From assembly GCF_000143415.4 (NCBI RefSeq), contig NW_003314277.1, positions 2,012,764 through 2,076,763 on the forward strand: a stretch of 64,000 bases of DNA, read 5' to 3'. This document shows positions 1-9,856 of the stretch, in pieces; the stretch's first letter is position 1, and every line of letters begins with the position of its first letter. Below the pieces are notes generated by a model. That model saw only the letters and a list, made by a program, of their open reading frames with translations, was not told the origin of the DNA and searched no databases. This stretch comes from Selaginella moellendorffii (Eukaryota; Plantae; Lycopodiophyta). Both the position numbers and the translations under genes were made by a program.

Positions 1-2060
1 AGTGCATGTTATTAAGTGGTTGATCCTAGGAAAAATGCAACATTTGAATATTACAAAAAAAAGAAAATGAGAGAAAACTTACATGGAGAATATAATGGCC
101 CCACTAAAACATTCAAACTTCCCACCAAATAAGCTAACATTCCATTTGTGAAAGGTGTTCAATTGGCACTTTGTCTCTTTCATGCCACCATATGCACATC
201 TCATTTGCCTTTGTCTCATGCTCCTCTTTAGTTAATGCATCCATCCATTCCCGACAAAGCTACTTGAACTCGTGATGGAAGTTAAACTTGATGTATTAGC
301 AATGTTCGTTGACACTCTTTGCCCAATTAAACTTATAACTCTTCTCTCTACCTTGTAACAGCTGATTTTTATCACCTCCAAATACTTGTTGTACAGCCAA
401 CCAGTTAGCACCAGTAGCATCTGCCATGAAACTGCGGAAGTTGGGTTTCTTCCCAATTCATTGTTCAACAACCTCAAACATACATATCTAAAAAATGGTT
501 TAAACTTGAAAATCTTAAACCTTAAATTCAGCAATAGCTATAGTCAAGCTACATTGCAACCTATAGAAGGAAGAATTATAATGTAAATCAATATATAATC
601 CTTAAAAAATGAAAAGCCACTTACTTGTGATCATAAACATAGGTTTCCATTGTTAACTAGCCTGAAACTCATTCCATGTGGTTGAAATAGATCCAGGAAT
701 TAGCCAAGTCCCCATCTCCATCCATATCCATTTGTTATACAAAGTCCACACTAGAAATAAGACTAAGAATGGACATCTAAAGATAAAAGGGCATTGACTG
801 TTCGAAGTCATTTGGCTAATGAACAAGCTCCCATGAATAAACTGATAGAGACATTTTCTTTTTAACTCCAAAATCGCATCCAATCCAGATTGAAAATTTC
901 CATCTCGCCCTTCTCGCATCTAATTCTTTATTCTACCAAGAAAAAGAGTGTTTCTAGTGACAAAGTAGAGTTAAATATTAATCTTATACCTGTTTAAATT
1001 TGTCACGGGTTCTATATTTTGAAGCAAGTCTTTCAAGCTGTTCTCTATGAACTCTTTTTTGCTATCAGCTTGTAGTAATGTATCCACCACATAGTCCTTT
1101 AATACAAACTATTGAACACACTTTGGAGTTGTGGCACTTTTCTTCCTAGCCTCTAACTAATAGTAACTTTTAAATTGCGAAAAGAATCACAGTAAATTCC
1201 TTCCTCTATTACATGTTGGTGGTATCTAACATGCATTACTGCTTTGCCTAAACATCCATCCCGCGGAAGGACATCTAAACTCTGTAGCAACCTCATCATG
1301 CCTTGGGGGATTGATTGTTGAGCCTTCAAAGAAACACATATTCTTGCCATGATCAGAAATGCATTTCTTAGCGACATACTGAAGTTGTCCACCACAATAG
1401 ACTATAGACACAAATCTGTCAAAATGGGAGAAGTGGGTCATTTTTACCTTACACCAATTATGTAGATCAAAACGCACCTCCATACCCCTCTTTTTGTTGA
1501 CAAACTGGCTAGTAGAAATTCAAAGAATATATTCCCATTATAGGAAGACAAAAGCTCCTCACCTCTTATGTACTGGAACTCCTTCAATTCTAATTGTAAT
1601 GATTGAGATTGCCGAAATGCTTTATCCACCACTTCAAAAACTGGTCTAAAAGGAATGCACGCACTTGTTTGGGAAGCTATGTTGGAAAGCTCATCTTCTT
1701 CACTTTTGTCACTAGAGAGAATAGCAACTTCATCCTTCACTCCTTACCTAGTTGGTTGTGAAATTGATGTGCTCTCCTTTACTCGCTTTGAAAATTTTGT
1801 AACTAGAATCTTCTGACCTATATATCTATCAAGATCCCACTGAATCCCATTCTCTCCCACAGCACTGTAAAAAAGAATGGATTTTTCTATTTAATTACCC
1901 TTATTGTGACATACATTTTCTAAACTAACTGATCCTGGCTTCAACTTGAATCTTCTCCAGAGGAAACTTTCTCCTATAACACTCTTAGAGAAAACAATTG
2001 GAGGCTCTTGATCGAACTTCAAATAAAATTCTCTCATATCTTCTCCTTGCTCAAGCACTT
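1..2060 (-). mobile_element. Degenerate intron-containing Mutator/MULE-type DDE transposase with a Cys/His-rich N-terminal region (pseudogene)
   Basis: Minus-strand translation at ~445-300 gives PNFRSFMADATGANWLAVQQVFGGD..REKSYKFNW, resembling the MULE FMAD..CxxH core. ~750-625 gives DFV*QMDMDGDGDLANSWIYFNH..TMETYVYDH. ~290-110 gives LCREWMDA..WW..WGH. The N-terminal part reads YNGNIFFEF..DLHNWCKVKMT..CGGQLQ. Many in-frame stops; GT-AG introns. Confidence 0.7.
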
Positions 2061-2331
2061 AGAAAAAATTTGGGGAGAAATTGACAAAAAAGAATAAAGA
2101 TATTCTTCTGTATTGTGAGTTTTAATTAGTTGTGTCCTTGCAAAGGACAAATTAATTATTTTAACAAAATATACAACTATTTAGAATCTAGAGAGATATG
2201 AGAATCTTAAAGAGCCACCCATATTAATTGTATAATTGATTGTGACCGGCGTACGATCGCTGAACTGACTGTGGTTATGAGCAAGAAGTGCCAGTCAATC
2301 ACCAAAGTTGTAGCATACTTCAATTCTCGCG

Positions 2332-2906
2332 NNNNNNNNNNNNNNNNNNNNNNNNNNNNNNNNNNNNNNNNNNNNNNNNNNNNNNNNNNNNNNNNNNNNN
2401 NNNNNNNNNNNNNNNNNNNNNNNNNNNNNNNNNNNNNNNNNNNNNNNNNNNNNNNNNNNNNNNNNNNNNNNNNNNNNNNNNNNNNNNNNNNNNNNNNNNN
2501 NNNNNNNNNNNNNNNNNNNNNNNNNNNNNNNNNNNNNNNNNNNNNNNNNNNNNNNNNNNNNNNNNNNNNNNNNNNNNNNNNNNNNNNNNNNNNNNNNNNN
2601 NNNNNNNNNNNNNNNNNNNNNNNNNNNNNNNNNNNNNNNNNNNNNNNNNNNNNNNNNNNNNNNNNNNNNNNNNNNNNNNNNNNNNNNNNNNNNNNNNNNN
2701 NNNNNNNNNNNNNNNNNNNNNNNNNNNNNNNNNNNNNNNNNNNNNNNNNNNNNNNNNNNNNNNNNNNNNNNNNNNNNNNNNNNNNNNNNNNNNNNNNNNN
2801 NNNNNNNNNNNNNNNNNNNNNNNNNNNNNNNNNNNNNNNNNNNNNNNNNNNNNNNNNNNNNNNNNNNNNNNNNNNNNNNNNNNNNNNNNNNNNNNNNNNN
2901 NNNNNN
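2332..2906. other. Assembly gap (575 N)
   Basis: Run of N. Confidence 1.
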
Positions 2907-3059
2907 TTCTGTGCAACCGATGTCTCTTCACCTTCTTTCTTCCATTAGAAGTTTTCTCTTTTCTTGACTTTTGTTTTTTCCTAAGGGATAGAGATGTTGG
3001 TTCTTGTGCAACCTTATTGAAGTTCAACAACTAAACCCAAGAGTCCACACTTAGGAGAC

Positions 3060-3480
3060 CATTTAGGAGATGCTAAATCCAAATATCGTTGAAGTAGAGG
3101 AAACTGTACAAGAGATTCCAATACTTGCTCCTCGCAACCCCCGAAGAGGCCGTCATGAAGCTTTTCATGAGAGTAAGGACTTTGATTTGGAACATTCTTT
3201 TATTCATTCTTGACTTCACTTTTTGTTTTTATAGATGTTGCAAAGAGCAGCCATCAATCTTCTCAGCGGACTAAGACATTCTTCCCATCCCTCCCTACAG
3301 CTACAGATGACGACCTGAAAGAGCTCTCCTCTGCAGCTATGCATAAACAGGTTAGGAAGCATGAATTTTATCTCTAACTTTTAGTTCTAATAATTGTTTT
3401 TCAGGTTCGCCCTCTATCCCCAACGGCCAGTGTGGGGGAAGTTGTTGTTTTTATTGGGGATTACATGTAGCTTTTAGATG
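3060..3480 (+). pseudogene. Truncated paralog of the methyltransferase-like gene at 6107-8560
   Basis: Exon 3235-3350 (TKTFFPSLPTATDDDLKELSSAAMHKQ) matches exon 7393-7511 (TNAFFPSLPTAIEDDLQELSSSASHKQ) with the same intron positions. The exon from 3405 (VRPLSPTASVGEVVVFIGDYM*) matches 7565-7630 (IHPLSPIRSVGNVEIVIGDYF*). Confidence 0.7.
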
Positions 3481-4169
3481 CGTCTACTCGGGAGCTGTAC
3501 ATCTTTGATTGGTGGATCCATGGGTGTGTGAAAAAACCACACACAAACCAACCTTTCCGAGCTTGACTCTCTCTCACTTGTCACAAAAGAATGAAACTCT
3601 TTTGAAGGGGAAAGAGCATGGAGATGAGAGGAAGAATAAGCAATCAATGCTACAACTCTCGTGATTAATCGGTGCCTTTCACTCATAACCCTATTCATTT
3701 CAATAGTATTATTCTTCTCACAATCAATTACACATATCTTAATATCTAAAGCATTGAATGATTGTCTCCTTGGAAAGAACATATGAAATCTATGTTCATA
3801 GTGGATTTGTCTAATAAATATATCCTACCATTTGCAAAATTAAAGTACTATTAAAAATTTGACATATCACTAGAATCTAAAAAGCAATTGCCATTAAAGA
3901 GAATGAAAATCATGACCATTGGTTGTGACTATTGATTGTGACCATTGATCATGATTGTTAATTTTTAGGGTTTTACTGCTAGGGTTTGAGGAAGGAACAG
4001 CAAAAGAAAAATGCTTGAATCTCACAATGTGCTTCAAGATGCTTCTCAATCAGGAAGTTAGATGCTCTTCAAGACACTAAAAAGACACTCCTCAATCAAG
4101 GTATGCCTTGCTTTTCCATCTCCCCATCTTTTGCTCCTAGCTTACAAGCAACTTGCATCTCACAGCTAC

Positions 4170-4650
4170 TTCGCACTAGAATGATCAATTTAGTAGCGAA
4201 CTAATCTTCCTAGAACATTAGATTCTGGGTTTTTTTTTTTTCTTGTTGTTGCTTTGGTGTTGTAAGATTGGTTCAGCGACAAACCAATCTTCCTAGTGCT
4301 AAGGGAATTGCTTCTTTTTTTCTTTTTTTTTGTTCCCTTGGCACTAAGAAGATTGATTCAGTGATGAACCAATCTTCCCAGCACCAAGGGAATTGCTTCT
4401 TTTCTTCTTCTTTTTTGTTTCCTCAACATTAAAAGATTGGTTTGCCACTGAACCAATCTTCTCAATGCTAAGAGAGTTATTCCTTTTCTTTTTTTCTTTA
4501 GTTTTCTTGGCACTAGAAGATTGGTTTGCTATTAAACCAATCTTCCCAGCACTAAGGGAGCTACTCCTTTTCTTTTTTCTTTTGTTCTTTTGGTGCTGGA
4601 AGATTGGTTTGGCAACGAACCAATCTTCCCAGCACCAAGGAAATTGCTCT
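4170..4650. repeat. Tandem repeat, ~84-bp unit, 5-6 copies, each with an internal palindrome
   Basis: AAGATTGGTT-N8-AACCAATCTT cores start at ~4264, 4349, 4433, 4517 and 4600 (spacing 83-85 bp), with a weaker copy near 4180. Confidence 0.9.
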
Positions 4651-4659
4651 CATTTTTCT

Positions 4660-6070
4660 TCAAAGCTATTTTTTAATGTTTACTCAAGTATTTTTGTCAT
4701 TTTTATGCAAACATATAAATCATGCCACAACTAAAGAAGCATGCCGGTCAACCTCAATGGACCCATTCTCCAAGAAAATGACTAGATTATTGTGCTAGAT
4801 TCACTAAGGACACCTCACAAGTTCAAGGTGCTGCTTCGGAGGAAGACCATGGTGGGAACAGTGGTTTCCAGATCCTAATAACTTTATTTTTGGACTCAAC
4901 TTGCAAGTAGCTTCTTCACCTTTGATTTCTTCGAGTTCAAAATGCATTGCTCAATTTGTCACAGTTCAAGGTTCTTTTGCCCCTTATCCATCACTTGCGT
5001 AATCTTCAAATATGAGTTTTGCTCTGCCTTGACAATTGGCTAAAAGGAAAACTTATGAGTAGAAAACACAAGTTTATGCAAGAAAAGGATACCTTTGCTC
5101 AGACCATAACCAAAAAATCCATAGGCACCTAATACCAAGTATATAACTCTTGGCCTTTATGTGTTACAAGCTTTGCTTAAACTGCTTCCATAACCTTATA
5201 ACTATACAGCATTTGGATTTCCTCGAAAGAAAGCATGCTAACATATGGAAGGTGCTTGATATCATGGACCAAGGTATGTGCTTGAAAAACAAACGGATTA
5301 AACCTATAACATAGTTGGTGAGAATAAAGGTTACTAATAAGGGATTCTTACATGTTGATCTTGTGATATGCTAAGTTGAGCCTCACAGCTTGGTTTCGAT
5401 CCTCTAGCTCCACAAGTGTCACTAGAACACAAATATGTCACTCATCATCATCCTAGAACTTCTCTTGGATACACCTCCAAAACACTAGCCACCAATGGTT
5501 TCCATCAATAATGAAGAACATCTGGCCTACAAAAGCTTGTGTCTCTTTGTGGCACACCATCAAAGTATCAAACTCCTAAGATTTCCTCTACCATATCTAA
5601 TCCCAAGTCTGCTCAATCTCGCAAGTAACCATATCTATGCAATTTGTTCCAGGGAATGATGACAACATAATAAATGATCTAGTAGTGTGCCCGAATCCAA
5701 CCTCTGTGAAAGAGGTATAAATAGTCATGTTGAGGTCATAGGCTAAGTGCACCCAGTGACTCTGCTTAAAATGGCAAAGTGGAATCTGAAGATGTTGAGA
5801 TTCTTTCCAAGCCATTTCACCTAACACCCTATTGATAGTTTGTTCTTGAGCCTGGATAATAGTCTCACGTACTCACTCATTCAAGATCATGTTAGCCTCT
5901 AGTATAGTTACCACCTCATTTTTGTGACCTTTAAGAGCAGTAGCATGTCCGCCATTTCCACCACCAAGATCTGCCCCACCATCTATACACCAGGTGCCTT
6001 ATTTCTACCACCAAGTTCTGCCCCACCACCTATGGCACTAGGTGCCTCATTTCCACCACCACTGGCAGCT
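4660..6070 (-). pseudogene. Degenerate intron-containing gene with a ParB/sulfiredoxin-like domain
   Basis: One frame from ~5830 to 5350 reads LQIPLCHF..TWD*IW*RKS*EFD..GQMFFIIDGNHWWLVFWRCIQEKF*DDDE*H. DGNH lies at 5495-5506; the next codon TGG is one C>T change from CGG, giving DGNHR. Gly-rich repeats lie upstream (5950-6065) and further spliced exons downstream. Confidence 0.65.
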
Positions 6071-6106
6071 TCTCCTATGCTATAGATAGGTTTTGCATTT
6101 CTATAG

Positions 6107-8560
6107 ATCAACTTATATAACGATAAAACCACTTGGTTTTTCTATGGAGTGATAAAACTACATCTTATCTTTCAAAGAAGAGAATGATAGATGCCACACA
6201 ATCTTTTAAAGTTCAGGGTGGTGAAGAAACTTGGTTTGTCTAAATATCCCTTTTGGTTTCACATGTGCATAAAACCATTAAGCTTTATAAAAACTTGAGG
6301 TTCTTGAACTTTTATCACAAAATATGACATTATTTGCGATTGCAGACATCTGACGCAATAAAGATTGGCTGGATTGCATTGCAAAGATATGTTCTCGTGG
6401 CAATAAGTAATCCCTTTTATCTTTCTCATTCCACTTTGAAATCCTTGTCCTTGCAGGAAATGGTAAAGCACTTGAAGAATTGATCTATAACATCGCAAAA
6501 AGCAAGCTCTCTTTCAACAAAAAAACTCTTGCTTGGAGCTCTTCAATACTTGGCATCGTAACAATGATAAAAGGTTGGAGAGCAAACTTGAGAATGTGAT
6601 GAAGGAGAAGCTCTATATCACTTAGAGTATTGCGACTACTGAGGAGCTATTTCAAGCATAGGATACAAAGTTCCTTACTAGTGCCCACACCAGCATAACA
6701 CTTCCAGAATATGTCTAAGCTTCCCTTCAAGAGCTTAGGGATGGATGGCTTCCTAATGGCAGCTCAAGCTTTATGGATTTCAAGAATTAACTGGGCCAAC
6801 CATTTTTCTCATGTTGCATGGCATATAGGTATATTGCAAAAAATTGACTTGCTTATTTAATCAGGCTCTTTTGTAGGTATTTAAATCATTGCCTAGGTGC
6901 TCTAGTGTACATAACAAGTGTTTTTCTCAAGCTTTTAACTGGTGGGAAGAAGCTTGGTATGTATGAGCCAGAGTTCCATTGTCCCTCTACACATAAGTGA
7001 GAACTTTATCTATGGTACTTAGAGTAATGGAAGCAAATGCCATCATCACCTTTTGAGCTTGATCTCTACCTCAAGTGTCATTTAAGTTTGATGAGTAAAT
7101 AGTAACTTATATTTCTACTTTATTATAAAGGCACTTTTGGAGGGAGTGGAGATGCCTCAAGACAGGGATGAGATTCATATTGAGCAGACCAAAGAAGAAC
7201 AAGTGGAGAACCTGATTGAAAACTCTCTTGCCCCATCTTATCCTACAACAGTCGCTCACTCCCCAAATCCTACTACCACTGCTGGTCCAACCCCGACTAC
7301 TCAAAATGTACGAAGGCAGCTCCATAGTGAAGACATCCAAGAGAGTAAGAACTTGATATCCAATGACTTTGCTTATTGTAATTTGGTTGTAGATGTTAGA
7401 GAAACTAGCCAGCACTCTATATACCAATGAACAAATGCATTCTTTCCATCCCTCCCCACTGCTATAGAGGATGACCTCCAAGAGTTATCTTCATCGGCTT
7501 CACATAAACAGGTATGAAAAAAAACATGTATTAACTTTAATATTTCCTAGCTTTGAACACTATTCAAATTCACCCTCTTTCTCCTATAAGAAGTGTTGGC
7601 AATGTGGAAATAGTTATTGGGGACTACTTTTAGCTTTCCAACAACATGAGCTAAGAGTCTTTTATGTTTTATAGATGGATGCAAGGATTGGGAATGAACA
7701 ATACCTTTGGCATTGACCTCGTGTTTTTTGACTTGCCTAATAAGTTATTACCTTTACAAGGTGACACTCCATCCTGGAACATCCTTCAACCGGACCATAT
7801 TTCTCAAGCGGTGGATGTGGCATCCAAAGTGTTGTGATATGAAGGCATTATATTAGTCATTCTTCCCCGTTCTTTATTTTGGGGAGGTCTTCTTGCAACA
7901 ATGGCGGAGAATGATGACTCTAGATTGGTTAGGTTTGCATTAGACTGCCTACTCTCAAATATCCCAGTCAAAACAAAAAGAGCAAGTGGCTAAATCCAAA
8001 AAGTTTGCATTTCCTTATTTTTCATATCTTAAATTGATTGCCTCTTTCATTGTAGAATTTAGCATACTCTCTGCCGCTTTTCTTGCTGCCACAGTATCAC
8101 ACGAGCTAATGAGTGTGTAGGTTTGGCATTACTAAGATATGATAGCTCAATAGATATCATCCCGATAGTAATCACGCAGGACCATCATATAGAGTTTGTT
8201 AGCTATTGACACCATTCACCAAAGGCCATACAAATCCTCCTAGAGTTGTTTTGTCCTCCTAAGGGGATTGTGCTTGATGCTATAGCAAGTTTTGGTTCGA
8301 TAGTGCTAACAACTAAAGAGACTGGCTATGTAGTTTTTGCACTGGAGAAGGAAAGTGCATTTGAAAGTGTTCTTGGGACATTTCATACAAGTGATAATAA
8401 AGTATAAATTTTTCATTATACTAATTCTATCATGGTTGTGTATATTAGGTGGATTGATGATATGGGCTATAATTTATAATGTTATGCAAAAGCAATAGCA
8501 CAAACTCATATACAACAAGAGCCCACAGTTATAGAGCATAATACTATATGAATGGATGCT
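6107..8560 (+). pseudogene. Degenerate multi-exon gene ending in a beta-class N4-cytosine/N6-adenine DNA methyltransferase-like domain (PF01555-like, ~7565-8407)
   Basis: Motifs occur in beta-class order: IVIGDY (~7610-7627), IDLVFFDLPN (7712-7741), ASKVL*YEGIILVI (~7820-7861), then PKAIQILLELFCPPKGIVLDAIASFGSIVLTTKETGYVVFALEKE (8219-8353). Short introns separate the blocks; several stops. Confidence 0.7.
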
Positions 8561-9856
8561 GAGGAAGACTAAGTTTAGTTTTTTTTTTAGCCAAATTTTT
8601 TAGTGGTATTATAGAGTTTTTTCTTGTACTTATGATATTTATTTTCTTATTAGACTTATATTATTTAGCTTTTTCTTGGACTGAAAATATGTCTTAAGTT
8701 TTGAATAGAATTGTTAATTCGTCCCAAACTAATCATTTGAACATCAACTTTTATATTTGGTGGACTATATTGACTTTCATTGACTTAAGCTCAACTTTAA
8801 AAACTACCCAACCCCCTTTTTCTCTGCCTTTGATGCCTATGTTTACTACAAGAATGGAGTGTAGACCTTGAGTATTTCCTATATAAACACAGTTCTTGTC
8901 ATCCTTTGCCAAACTCTTGAGCAATCTCAACCTATGCAGCTTGAGTTTGCTTTGTCAAACTCCAATTCTTTGTCACTATCTCCATCATCCAAAAGAAAAC
9001 TTAGAATACCTTCCAGTGCTCCAGCAATTGCCATCACCCAAAACTATTTCTCTTGGGGATTACAAGCTGACATAAAATTCCCAAGGCAGCCCTTCTGATT
9101 TCTTCTTTCTCCTGCCTGTTTCTTCAGGTGATCATTTCCAGAAGGTGCTCCATGACTCCAGGTGTTGTGTAAACCGTCCGTAAGGTGTCCTCTAGCAACT
9201 GCTCTTGCATAATCAACGTCAAGAGAATGAGAACACCACCAAGTTGCTCATTTCAGCTGTTGGACTGAATTTTTCCAATGCTGTAAGTTACAAGATCCAA
9301 GTTTAGTCTGACAAAAATGCTTTCTTTCAGGCATTTTAAGTAGACATCGTAAAAGAACAGAGAGGTCTTTGCTGAGTTGTATGTATGTATATTTTAGAGC
9401 TTATGGTGTCTATCTAGAAGCATAAGACTTTCTGATTACTTTCACCAAAAATTCCTTCATGTACTCCAAGCAAGCTTGCTCCACCATGAAAATGGAGGCC
9501 TTGATAAGGGACAAGGGGAAGATATTGAGGCTGGATCCGAGATTTGTTCACACCTGGTTACTGTTCATAATCTTGCTGGATGAGGCATGCCAGAGAGAAA
9601 CCGATCATTGACAACAGCCGAGGTCAGCTGAAGGACATGGAGGATGTGAAGAAAAGAAAAAGAATAGAGCAGGAAAACCTTAATCACTGAGCAAATACCC
9701 CTAACAAGATACAGATCTTGTAGAAAAACCTGCTCTAAATACTAGAGCTACTCTAGTTATTGAATGAGCTAACTGCTACCTACTACATGAGCTAGCTGTG
9801 AGGACAATCATTTTTTATATCTTTAGCCAAAATACTTATATAGGAAATGATTGTAC

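Noticed and set aside
2271-3034. Long ORFs spanning N runs (also at 26931-28017)
   Set aside because: Artefacts of translating through assembly gaps.
4170-4650. CRISPR-like array of palindromic repeats
   Set aside because: The linkers are homologous T-rich sequence rather than unique spacers, there are no cas genes, and the context is eukaryotic.
9020-9050. OTU-protease-like IVLGDGNC on the minus strand, and LLDRHHKL near 9400
   Set aside because: Isolated short motifs in stop-ridden frames with no supporting flanking similarity.
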